Shown here in pieces: positions 1 to 11,647 of a stretch of 64,000 nt of DNA. Source of the DNA: Nemertoderma westbladi (taxonomy: Eukaryota > Animalia > Xenacoelomorpha). The notes below the pieces were generated by a model. It did not search any database and was not told the origin of the DNA. It saw nothing but the letters and a program-made list of their open reading frames with translations. The stretch covers positions 1 through 64,000 of the forward strand of contig JAUCBJ010009126.1 of the NCBI GenBank assembly GCA_032718475.1, read 5' to 3'. Position 1 is the stretch's first letter. Each line of letters opens with the position of its first letter. The position numbers were made by a program, and so were the translations under genes.

Positions 1-724
1 AAAAAGCCGTCTCTGTAACCTGCTCCTTTCCCTCAATTGTAACAAATGATTTCCCCCGGGCGAAGATTGCACCCAACACTCCCCCCCCCCCCCCCCCCCA
101 CCACCCCCACACCCCTCGATCTGGGACCTCATGCATAGAAGTAACATTCCGAACTTCCTACAAAATTACTTCCTATTTCCTCTTTCCTTCATTTCGTACT
201 TGCCACTCTACCGAAAATCGGTCCTGAGCTCTAATGACGTGCTCAAATTCAGCAATTGCTAAACAAAGCAGGAAAATAAACAATATTTACATAATCATCT
301 CCTTTGCTTTCCTCAATTTCTCTAATTTCAGGACAAACCCAATTATTGTAGCTTAGCGCAGGCGTAGTTATATGGTTGCGTTGGTCGATAAAGGGCAGCT
401 TTGACATTAATTTGTATTTATTCTTCAGTAACTCATCAAGGCCAACACAGCCTATTAAAGACCTTCAAAACAGTATAATTGATTTACAATACTATCTATG
501 AGTATATAATCTTAAGATGCATGGGCCTTGTAATATAGAAAACTCTTCGAAGAATTCTTATCACCCCTACCTTAGTTAATTAACTTCAGTTGACTTTTTA
601 AGCTTTTATTGTTCTTGTAATAAACTCCCTTGAGGATTCCATAGGTAGGTACAATGATCGGCATAAGAAGTAGAATGGAAAAATTTGATGTGAACTTGAC
701 TTTAATTGATTAAGGAACCGTTAG

Positions 725-1093
725 GGCTACACATATCGGGTGAGATAGACGGGGGGGGGGGGGGCATGATATCGTTTTATGGCCATGGCTACACATATCG
801 GGTGAGATAGACGGGGGGGGGGGGCATGATATCGTTTTATGGCCATGGCTACACATATCGGGTGAGATAGACGGGGGGGGGGCATGATATCGTTGTATGG
901 CCATGGCTACACATATCGGGTGAGATAGACGGGGGGGGGGGGCATGATATCGTTTTATGGCCATGGCTACACATATCGGGTGAGATAGACTGGGGGGGGG
1001 GCGGCAATGATATCGTTTTATGACCATGGCTACCACATATCGGGTGAGATAGACGGGGGGGGGGGGGGGGGGGGGGGACCATGATATCGTTTT
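725..1093. repeat. ~60-bp minisatellite, 6 copies, each with a variable-length poly-G tract
   Basis: Unit ggctacacatatcgggtgagatagac(G)n catgatatcgttttatggccat repeats directly. It explains the poly-Pro ORFs at 710-1162. Confidence 0.95.
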
Positions 1094-1734
1094 ATTAACA
1101 TTCAATGTTGGAACTCCCTTATCAAATATTTTCAAAGGCTTACAATAAAATTTGTGGAACAAATGAATGATCTAATGAACAACATGGAAAGGTTAGAGAT
1201 ACATTTCTTGTATCTCTAACATTTACAAACTTGCTTAATTAAAAATTAATAACAGACAAATTGACAATAAACAACCCAATATGTATTACCCACTTCGCCA
1301 CTTAGAGGCGAGATAAATTTCTTAACTTTAATACCTTAAGGTGATAATTACAGAACTACAGATAATGAGCGCAGTTAATGTCGCAGAAAATGATGGGATG
1401 GCGGTAGATTTTCATAATAGTCTGCCATGTGTGAATATCTAATGATTAGAGTGTTGATTACTATCTTTATTGGTAGACGTTAACATGCTGGTTACCTAGC
1501 TGGGTCGGGAGGGAATCAAACATGCTGTACACAGTAAATAGATAACATCACCCAACACCTATGTGGGAGGGGATCCACATGTGTGTCTACAATCATGCAC
1601 CCAGACGTTGCAGACAGACTACATAATATCTACACGAAGTGGGGCCTTCGCGCAGCACGTGAAATGAGTTAATGCTAAGTATCAACTCGAAAGGATTATA
1701 AAAACATAGGAGAAGATTTTCCCGGAAAACGTTA

Positions 1735-2650
1735 ACCCTCTAGCGGGAGACTGGGTAACTGAAGAAGGAAGGATTAGTTTCCCTACAAAGCCACAGCCTA
1801 TGGTCTATTACATATCTACCAAGTTTCCGATTGACGGATCATAAATAACGAAATGTTGGAAGGTTTTCACTTTCATACATTTAGCCCTCTAGCGGCATAT
1901 TAAAGAACTACGGATCGATCACCTTCCTCACAAAGACGAGGCATGTGGTCTAGTACATACCGGTACTGTATATTCCAAAATTCAGCTTAAATAGATTAAG
2001 ATCAAGGAATTCGCGAAGGTTATCACTTTCCTACATTTCGCCCTCTAGCGGCAGACTCGAAAACTCCGGACCGATTACTGTCCACACAAAGACTTAGGAT
2101 GTCTTCTAGTACATATATGACACGTTTCAGCGTAATCAGATCATAAACAACTAAATGGAAGAATAATTTCACATTCGGGACATTTCGCCCTCTAGCGGCA
2201 GACTGGAGAACTGCACACAGATTAGCCTCCTTTGAAATTTACAGCTAATGGTCTAGTACATACTTCCCAAGTTTCAGCTTAAACGGATTAAAAGCAAAGA
2301 AATGGGTGGCCATTTAATGTTTAGACATGTGGCCCTCTAGCGGGAGACTGGAAAACTTCGGACCGATTACAATCCACACAAAGACTCAGGATGTCATCTA
2401 GTACATATATGACAAGTTTCAGCGTAATCAGATCATAAACAACTAAATGGAAGAATAATTTCACATTCGGGACATTTCGCCCTCTAGCGGCAGACTGGAG
2501 AACTGCAGACAGATTAGCCTCCTTTCAAATTTACAGCTAATGGTCTAGTACATACTTCCCAAGTTTCAGCTTAAACGGATTAAAAGCAAAGAAATGGGTG
2601 GCCATTTAATGTTTAGACATGTGGCCCTCTAGCGGGAGACCATTGCACTG
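1735..2650 (-). promoter_or_regulatory. Array of 7 CTCF-like motifs, one per central repeat
   Basis: (g/a)ccctctagcgg(c/g) at 1735, 1884, 2040, 2187, 2332, 2479 and 2624. The minus strand reads CTGCCGCTAGAGGGCG, and at 2187 and 2479 it is preceded by TGCAGTTCT with a 5-nt spacer. Motif match only, binding not shown. Confidence 0.6.
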
Positions 2651-2761
2651 ATGGTGTCTGAAAGTCTCTCAAAAATCTCAACTTTTGCTCATATTGATAC
2701 CTACAAATTTTCAACTTGGCAGCTTTAAATCCGACAAAGTTATTAGCATGTCAAAATCGTA

Positions 2762-2778
2762 ACGACGACGACGACGAC

Positions 2779-2810
<32 letters not shown>

Positions 2811-2829
2811 CGACAACGACGACGACGAC
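2762..2829. repeat. (ACG)n microsatellite
   Basis: About 22 ACG/ACA triplets. It is the source of the poly-Arg ORF at 2711-2908. Confidence 0.97.
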
Positions 2830-3325
2830 AACTATTTGCATAAATTGACCCACCCCCTAACAGTGTCAATTCGCTAAGGCTCCGCCAACTTCGTGGCTCG
2901 CCCCACAAACTAAGCGCATTGATGACAATCGGGATTATAATATAATAATATTATACTATAGGATCATCATTATGATATCATCATAATGATGATGGGGTGA
3001 TGATAACACGTTAACAATGCTGAGACAATTTGACAAGAACACATTAATAATTTACAATTTTTGTTATAAGACGATAAATAATTTGCATCTTTAGTCTCCT
3101 TGCCTCATTTTCTTCAATAATAATTTAGTTAATTTATGTATATTGTTTACTAATACTAAGTAAACTGATGGCCTAATGTATTCCAGGTAAACTTATAAAT
3201 TAGCTCGGAACACCTAACAGATAACATAAATATGAAATAAGTAACACGTAGAACCTGAGGCAACCAGAAGGCACCTCTCTCTTAACTGTTATACAAGTTA
3301 GCCAAGTTATACAAGGTAACTGTTA

Positions 3326-4355
3326 GACACACTTGCGCCATTCTTGTTCACAGTTGTGGTTGACTATGTTCTACGCATGTCCTTAGATCATCATAATGAT
3401 GATGGGGTGATTGTAACTCCACCTACTGGCTCCAGAAGTCGAGGAAATCCTGCCAAGTACCTAACTGATCTAGACTTTGCTGATGACTTATGAGTACTCT
3501 CAGAACCACTAGAGGGAGCCCAACAGCTCCTCAGGTCATTAGGACAGGCTGCTTCTAGTGTTGGTCTATTTGTTAACTCTAAGAAGAACAACATTTTGAC
3601 AGTTAACTTTGAAAGTCCTCAGCAAGTCTCTGACAGGTTGAGCATAAGCTCAAAGGATGGTATGCTTGAGCATGTGGGCGACTTCTGTTACCTGGGATCA
3701 TGGATCCGGAAGTCAGGTGTCAGGTGAGGACTTTCGAATACGTAAGGGAAAGGTATGGGCAGCCTTAAATAGGCTTTCCAAGATTTGGAAGTCACATAGA
3801 ATTAATCGGAAACTTAAGGTCCGATTATTTAGAGCAGCAGTAGTTCCAGTACTCCTCTATGGGAGTCCATGCTGGGCTCTAACTGATGAGGACACCAAAT
3901 CTCTGGATGGCACATTCACAAGAATGCTACGCCGGGTTCATTGTGTCAAGTACAATGCACACATATCCAACCAGACACTATATAACATTGGAGGTGTCTC
4001 ATTGGTTCCCCCAAGCTTGACACTAGAACAAAGTCGCCTCCGCTTTGCAGGACATTGTTTTCGCCGTGAGGACCAGTCTGTGCACAATCTTGTGCTTTGG
4101 CTGCCCCATGGAGAAAATGAGCATGGTAGACAGCCCATAACTTTTGAGAGACGCCTCTTAAAGGAGACTGGCCTTGAAGATGCGGATGATCTCGCGAAAG
4201 TTATGGTAGTGGTTAAAGTAGTGGTGCAACTCCGTTGACAAGCAGAGCCGGAATAGCATTCTTAATGCACGCTGCATTGGGCTTGCCAATGTGGATTGCA
4301 TGGTGGTGACAAAATGTTTTTATTAAAGCTGGCATAGCATCTGAATGTGCAGTTT
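3326..4355 (+). mobile_element. RTE-clade LINE, 5'-truncated and decayed (RT C-terminal half plus 3' UTR)
   Basis: Translates to DTLAPFLF..VDYVLR, TDLDFADDL, KVRLFRAAVVPVLLYGS..WALT and RLRFAGHCFR, with a stop and frameshift. Closely similar to 16960-17937. Confidence 0.9.
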
Positions 4356-4662
4356 CAATGCAGCAGACCGATTATAGTAGTAGTATAGTGTTGGGACGGA
4401 ATGCTATCAATAAGCACAATATAAATAGATCTGCGGCCACCCAAAGTGTGGCCAGTCTGCGGCCGCTCTAATGAAGTGGAATGGGGCATTCTATAGTGTC
4501 AAAATTTATGGCTATTGGCTATAATTTTTTTTTCACCATTATATGTATTTCTTGACACATTGACAGTTAAAATTAAATTAACATTGTAAAAATGGCCAGA
4601 TAGATTCGTCAATATAGCAAGAAACGCGACAAGATATATTACAGAATGTTTGATTTGTCAAT

Positions 4663-4958
4663 TTAGCAGAGGTTGCACTGGTTACCAAAGTGTTTGAGAA
4701 TGTGTAACTTGTACCTTGAGAATGTTAGAAGAGGTTGCACTGGTTACCAAAGTGTTTGAGAATGTGTAACTCGTACCTTGAGAATGTTAGCAGAGGTTGC
4801 ACTGGTTACCAAAGTGTTTGTGTAACTTGTATCTTGAGAATGTTAGCAGAGGTTGCACTGGTTACCAAAGTGTTTGTGTAACTTGTATCTTGAGAATGTT
4901 AGCAGAGGTTGCACTGGTTACCAAAGTGTTTGTGTAATAACTTGTACCTCGAGAATGG
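4663..4958. repeat. 56/62-bp minisatellite, 5 copies
   Basis: gaggttgcactggttaccaaagtgtttg starts at 4669, 4731, 4793, 4849 and 4905. Confidence 0.95.
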
Positions 4959-5419
4959 CTTAGGAATGAATCCTTTGTGGTAACCTATCTATACTACCCA
5001 CTCGCTATCTTTAAATTATCTCTAATTTGTAATGAACACTGTTAGGAAGTGCCTTTGTAATGAACACTGTTAAGTGCCTTAATTCCACTTTCAAACTTAT
5101 TCATGTATTCAATCTCGAGTTCCCACTTGTATCGGATAATGTTTGTTCTTTTTAGAGAGACTGATGAAAACGGCAACTTGACTATTTATGAATTATTCGG
5201 ACTCTTTAATGAAGTTTAACTTTTCGCGTGAACGTATGGGCATTCGTCTCAATATCAACTCAATCTGACCGGCCATATGTCCACTTTTATTTTTGATCTG
5301 TCTTTAACCGGGATAAATTTTATTTAAAGGACTAATGGATACCTTAAGGATAATTGTGCGTTATGCCAGTGTTCAGTCTCTTCAAAATATAAATCATGCA
5401 TGCTGCAGCACCTGATCGA

Positions 5420-7830
5420 TAACTTTTTATCCCTCACACTTAGTCCCGAACTCTTCATCCCGAACTTTTTATCCCGGACTCTTAGTCCCGAACTCTTCAT
5501 CCCGAACTTTTTATCCCGGACTCTTAGTCCCGAACTCTTCATCCCGAACTTTTCATCCCGGACTCTTAGTCCCGAACTCTTCATCCCGAACTTTTCATCC
5601 CGGACTCTTAGTCCCGACCTCATCATCCCGAACTTTTTATCCCGGACTCTTAGTTCCGAACTTTTCATCCCGGACTCTTAGTCCCGAACTCTTAGTCCCG
5701 AACTCTTCATCCCGAACTTTTTATCCCGGACTCTTAGTCCCGAACTCTTCATCCCGAACTTTTCATCCCGGACTCTTAGTCCCGAACTCTTCATCCCGAA
5801 CTTTTCATCCCGGACTCTTAGTCCCGAACTCTTCATCCCGAACTTTTCATCCCGGACTCTTAGTCCCGACCTCATCATCCCGAACTTTTTATCCCGGACT
5901 CTTAGTCCCGAACTCTTAGTCCCAAACTCTTCATCCCGAACTTTTTATTCCGGACTCTTAGTCCCGAACTCTTCATCCCGAACTTTTTATCCCGGACTCT
6001 TAGTCCCGAACTCTTCATCCCGAACTTTTCATCCCGGACTCTTAGTCCCGACCTCATCATCCCGAACTTTTTATCCCGGACTCTTAGTCCCGAACTCTTC
6101 ATCCCGAACTTTTCATCCCAGACTCTTAGTCCCGAACTCTTAGTCCCGAACTCTTCATCCCGAACTTTTTATCCCGGACTCTTAGTCCCGAACTCTTCAT
6201 CCCGAACTTTTCATCCCGGACTCTTAGTCCCGACCTCATCATCCCGAACTTTTTATCCCGGACTCTTAGTCCCGAACTCTTAGTCCCAAACTCTTCATCC
6301 CGAACTTTTTATTCCGGACTCTTAGTCCCGAACTCTTCATCCCGAACTTTTCATCCCGGACTCTTAGTCCCAACCTCATCATCCCGAACTTTTTATCCCG
6401 GACTCTTAGTCCCGAACTCTTCATCCCGAACTTTTCATCCCGGACTCTTAGTCCCGAACTCTTCATCCCGAACTTTTCATCCCGGACTCTTAGTCCCGAA
6501 CTCTTCATCCCGAACTTTTCATCCCGGACTCTTAGTCCCGACCTCATCATCCCGAACTTTTTATCCCGGACTCTTAGTCCCGAACTCTTAGTCCCAAACT
6601 CTTCATCCCGAACTTTTTATTCCGGACTCTTAGTCCCGAACTCTTCATCCCGAACTTTTCATCCCGGACTCTTAGTCCCGAACTCTTCATCCCGAACTTT
6701 TCATCCCGGACTCTTAGTCCCGAACTCTTCATCCCGAACTTTTCATCCCGGACTCTTAGTCCCGACCTCATCATCCCGAACTTTTTATCCCGGACTCTTA
6801 GTCCCGAACTCTTAGTCCCAAACTCTTCATCCCGAACTTTTTATTCCGGACTCTTAGTCCCGAACTCTTCATCCCGAACTTTTCATCCCGGACTCTTAGT
6901 CCCAACCTCATCATCCCGAACTTTTTATCCCGGACTCTTAGTCCCGAACTCTTCATCCCGAACTTTTCATCCCGGACTCTTAGTCCCGAACTCTTAGTCC
7001 CGAACTCTTCATCCCGAACTTTTCATCCCGGACTCTTAGTCCCGACCTCATCATCCCGAACTTTTTATCCCGGACTCTTAGTCCCGAACTCTTCATCCCG
7101 AACTTTTCATCCCGGACTCTTAGTCCCGACCTCATCATCCCGAACTTTTTATCCCGGACTCTTAGTCCCGAACTTTTTATCCCGGACTCTTAGTCCCGAA
7201 CTCTTAGTCCCGAACTCTTCATCCCGAACTTTTCATCCAGGACTCTTAGTCCCGCACTCTTCATCCCGAACTGTTCATCCCGGACTCTTAGTCCCGAACT
7301 TTTCATCCCGAACTTTTCATCCCGGACTCTTAGTCCCGACCTCATCATCCCGAACTTTTTATCCCGGACTCTTAGTCCCGAACTCTTCATCCCGAACTTT
7401 TCATCCCAGACTCTTAGTCCCGAACTCTTAGTCCCGAACTCTTCATCCCGAACTTTTTATCCCGGACTCTTAGTCCCGAAATCTTCATCCCGAACTTTTC
7501 ATCCCGGACTCTTAGTCCCGAACTCTTAGTCCCGAACTCTTCATCCCGAACTTTTCATCCCGGACTCTTAGTCCCGACCTCATCATCCCGAACTTTTTAT
7601 CCCGGACTCTTAGTCCCGAACTCTTCATCCCGAACTTTTCATCCCGGACTCTTAGTCCCGACCTCATCATCCCGAACTTTTTATCCCGGACTCTTAGTCC
7701 CGAACTTTTTATCCCGGACTCTTAGTCCCGAACTCTTAGTCCCGAACTCTTCATCCCGAACTTTTCATCCAGGACTCTTAGTCCCGCACTCTTCATCCCG
7801 AACTGTTCATCCCGGACTGTTAGCCCTGAA
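5420..7830. repeat. 14-bp-monomer satellite organised as a 42-bp trimer
   Basis: Units tcccgaactcttca / tcccgaacttttta / tcccggactcttag, with occasional extra 14-mers. It produces the MKSSGLRVRD ORFs. Confidence 0.97.
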
Positions 7831-8012
7831 CCGACATTTCATCCCAGATATTTCGCATGGACATCTCCCACTCATTTCGAAACGCTTTACGCTTCATACT
7901 AGCTATCCTACAAAACTAGTAGGATTACCTAACAATAAGCAAACCCAAGCTTTCAGCAGATCCCTTAAAGAAGAAGACTCCCTTAAATATGTCGTTTTCG
8001 AACATCGAAAGC

Positions 8013-8352
8013 GTTTTAAGTAAATAATGTAATATACATTAAAAGCAGTTTTAAGTAAATAATGTAATATATATTAATAACAGTTTTAAGTAAATAATGT
8101 AATATATATTAATAACAGTTTGAAGTAAATAATGTAATATATATTAATAACAGTTTTAAGTAAATAATGTAATATATATTAATAACAGTTTTAAGTAAAT
8201 AATGTAATATATATTAATAACAGTTTTAAGTAAATAATGTAATATATATTAATAACAGTTTTAAGTAAATAATGTAATATACATTAATAACAGTTTTAAG
8301 TAAATAATGTAATATACATTAATAACAGTTTTAAGTAAATAATGTAATATAC
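8013..8352. repeat. 35-bp AT-rich minisatellite, ~10 copies
   Basis: cagttttaagtaaataatgtaatatatattaataa is repeated. Confidence 0.95.
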
Positions 8353-8387
8353 AATAATGCCATTAATAAAATAATAACAGTAAATAA

Positions 8388-8422
8388 TACATGCCATTGG
8401 CGATCTTCGCCAATGGCATGTA
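8388..8422. other. Perfect 16-bp-stem hairpin
   Basis: tacatgccattggcga-tct-tcgccaatggcatgta. Confidence 0.9.
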
Positions 8423-8914
8423 ATTATAACCAAAACAATAAACTGGTTAGTCAATAGGTTACATAAAAGGTAAATGTGTAAATGAAGGTTAAAGTTTCAT
8501 AATCAGCTCGGTAATTGTAGACTGACAATATTTTTTTCGTGGGCACAAAGTTTTCTGCGCGACTTTGAACTCAATTATTAATTTCTGTGGCCATGATTTG
8601 TGGTTTAAATCACTTATTTTTTTAAATCGTTCTGTTTTCTTCTGCTATAATCACCCTGTCCACTTTTGTTAAATCCAATTGCAAGGTTATTACAATCAGT
8701 TCTTCTGTTCACTACACCTGTACCACACTGTACCACTCGCGCCGCTATGACATATAATTAGTTTCCAATTAGAAAGTATATTCAATTTCAGCAACGTACG
8801 GTAGACGTTATAATCTTATGAACGGCCGAGCGAAGCTCCTACTCTACACACACCAAACTGGTTAGGTGTTGAGTAATTTATTTATCAGTTGCAATGATTG
8901 GTAGTTTATTAGTT

Positions 8915-11178
8915 TATTGGCGGAACTGCACAGGTTGCGTTTCTATGGTCCGAGATTATTGGCGGAACTGCACAGGTTGCGTTTCTATGGTCCGAGATTA
9001 TTGGCGGAACTGCACAGGTTGCGTTTCTATGGTCCGAGATTATTGGCGGAACTGCACAGGTTGCGTTTCTATGGTCCGAGATTATTGGTGGAACTGCACA
9101 GGTTGCGTTTCTATGGTCCGAGATTATTGGCGGAACTGCACAGGTTGCGTTTCTATGGTCCGAGATTATTGGCGGAACTGCACAGGTTGCGTTTCTATGG
9201 TCCGAGATTATTGGCGGAACTGCACAGGTTGCGTTTCTATGATCCGAGATTATTGGCGGAACTGCACAGGTTGCGTTTCTATGGTCCGAGATTATTGGCG
9301 GAACTGCACAGGTTGCGTTTCTATGGTCCGAGATTATTGGCGGAACTGCACAGGTTGCGTTTCTATGGTCCGAGATTATTGGCGGAACTGCACAGGTTGC
9401 GTTTCTATGGTCCGAGATTATTGGCGGAACTGCACAGGTTGCGTTTCTATGGTCCGAGATTATTTGCGGAACTGCACAGGTTGCGTTTCTATGGTCCGAG
9501 ATTATTGGCGGAACTGCACAGGTTGCGTTTCTATGGTCCGAGATTATTTGCGGAACTGCACAGGTTGCGTTTCTATGGTCCGAGATTATTGGCGGAACTG
9601 CACAGGTTGCGTTTTTATGGTCCGAGATTATTGGCGGAACTGCACAGGTTGCGTTTCTATGGTCCGAGATTATTGGCGGAACTGCACAGGTTGCGTTTCT
9701 ATGGTCCGAGATTATTGGCGGAACTGCACAGGTTGCGTTTCTATGGTCCGAGATTATTGGCGGAACTGCACAGGTTGCGTTTCTATGGTCCGAGATTATT
9801 GGCGGAACTGCACAGGTTGCGTTTCTATGGTCCGAGATTATTGGCGGAACTGCACAGGTTGCGTTTCTATGGTCCGAGATTATTGGCGGAACTGCACAGG
9901 TTGCGTTTCTATGGTCCGAGATTATTTGCGGAACTGCACAGGTTGCGTTTCTATGGTCCGAGATTATTGGCGGAACTGCACAGGTTGCGTTTCTATGGTC
10001 CGAGATTATTTGCGGAACTGCACAGGTTGCGTTTCTATGGTCCGAGATTATTGGCGGAACTGCACAGGTTGCGTTTTTATGGTCCGAGATTATTGGCGGA
10101 ACTGCACAGGTTGCGTTTCTATGGTCCGAGATTATTGGCGGAACTGCACAGGTTGCGTTTCTATGGTCCGAGATTATTGGCGGAACTGCACAGGTTGCGT
10201 TTCTATGCTCCGAGATTATTGGCGGAACTGCACAGGTTGCGTTTCTATGGTCCGAGATTATTGGCGGAACTGCACAGGTTGCGTTTCTATGGTCCGAGAT
10301 TATTGGCGGAACTGCACAGGTTACGTTTCTATGGTCCGAGATTATTGGCGGAACTGCACAGGTTACGTTTCTATGGTCCGAGATTATTGGCGGAACTGCA
10401 CAGGTTGCGTTTCTATGGTCCGAGATTATTGGCGGAACTGCACAGGTTGCGTTTCTATGGTCCGAGATTATTGGCGGAACTGCACAGGTTGCGTTTCTAT
10501 GGTCCGAGATTATTGGCGGAACTGCACAGGTTGCGTTTCTATGGTCCGAGATTATTGGCGGAACTGCACAGGTTGCGTTTCTATGGTCCGAGATTATTGG
10601 CGGAACTGCACAGGTTGCGTTTCTATGGTCCGAGATTATTGGCGGAACTGCACAGGTTGCGTTTCTATGGTCCGAGATTATTGGCGGAACTGCACAGGTT
10701 GCGTTTCTATGGTCCGAGATTATTGGCGGAACTGCACAGGTTGCGTTTCTATGGTCCGAGATTATTGGCGGAACTGCACAGGTTGCGTTTCTATGGTCCG
10801 AGATTATTGGCGGAACTGCACAGGTTACGTTTCTATGGTCCGAGATTATTGGCGGAACTGCACAGGTTACGTTTCTATGGTCCGAGATTATTGGCGGAAC
10901 TGCACAGGTTGCGTTTCTATGGTCCGAGATTATTGGCGGAACTGCACAGGTTGCGTTTCTATGGTCCGAGATTATTGGCGGAACTGCACAGGTTGCGTTT
11001 CTATGGTCCGAGATTATTGGCGGAACTGCACAGGTTGCGTTTCTATGGTCCGAGATTATTGGCGGAACTGCACAGGTTGCGTTTCTATGGTCCGAGATTA
11101 TTGGCGGAACTGCACAGGTTGCGTTTCTATGGTCCGAGATTATTGGCGGAACTGCACAGGTTGCGTTTCTATGGTCCG
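8915..11178. repeat. 42-bp satellite, ~54 near-identical copies
   Basis: Unit gattattggcggaactgcacaggttgcgtttctatggtccga. It is stop-free in two plus-strand frames. Confidence 0.98.
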
Positions 11179-11380
11179 CCCCACTATGTCGTATTACCCT
11201 TAGAGTGTCATTGTCATGGAAACCTCCCAGGACTTATCCTAAGTATTGACATTGGTTACCATCTGGTCTATCACAGGGAGCTGCTGTGGTACTGACTTAC
11301 TTTTCTATACCAAGGCGTCCAACACTCTAAGCGATGCAGGGTGACTACAAAACATAGACCAAAGACCCGTATAACCCAAT

Positions 11381-11643
11381 TATAAAGACCTGCGTAATCT
11401 TGTAACATGTGTTAACTGTAACCTGCTCCTTTACTCACCTGCTCCTTTAAATGGCAATTGAATCTAAAGCGCTTTGTGACCTGTACAAAACAAAGAGGTA
11501 AAGTCGCGTTAGGTCCCAAAGAGCGTTAGGTCCCATTGCTATTTAAAGGAGAAGGTTAGTAAAGGGGCAGGTTACAGAGGCGTGTTGTGGGAACCACAAC
11601 AATAAACGAAAGTTAACACATGTGTTTCATACAGGTCTTTATA
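11381..11643. mobile_element. Nested foldback/MITE-like element
   Basis: Inner imperfect inverted repeat at 11416-11482 / 11511-11577, and an outer one tataaagacctg..acatgtgttaact at 11381-11417 / 11611-11643. The inner terminus ctgtaacctgctccttt also occurs at ~13-29. Confidence 0.65.
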
Positions 11644-11647
11644 CACG

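Larger units (their letters stand above)
1630..2912 (-). mobile_element. Non-autonomous Helentron-associated (DINE-1/HINE-like) element with central ~147-bp tandem repeats
   Basis: Short inverted subterminal motifs (gtggggc ~1639, gccccac ~2901), an (ACG)n microsatellite near one end and 7 diverged 145-156-bp central repeats. Related termini recur at ~14590-14625, ~18285, ~52250, ~54600 and ~61775. The family assignment is inferred from architecture only. Confidence 0.6.

Noticed and set aside
2711-2908. Protamine-like poly-Arg ORF
   Set aside because: It is the translation of an (ACG)n microsatellite inside a repeat element.
8921-8931. ggaactgca in the 42-bp satellite as a CTCF upstream module
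   Set aside because: There is no CTCF core at the required spacing.
8894-11295. 769-aa and 792-aa ORFs as real genes (CxxC repeat protein)
   Set aside because: They are a pure 42-bp satellite with near-zero divergence, no synonymous bias in the CxxC frame and no unique domains.
11301-11389. Candidate GPCR exon 3 (cag|...GIEK|gtaagt)
   Set aside because: The required phase-0 frame contains two stops, and no frame resembles TM3.
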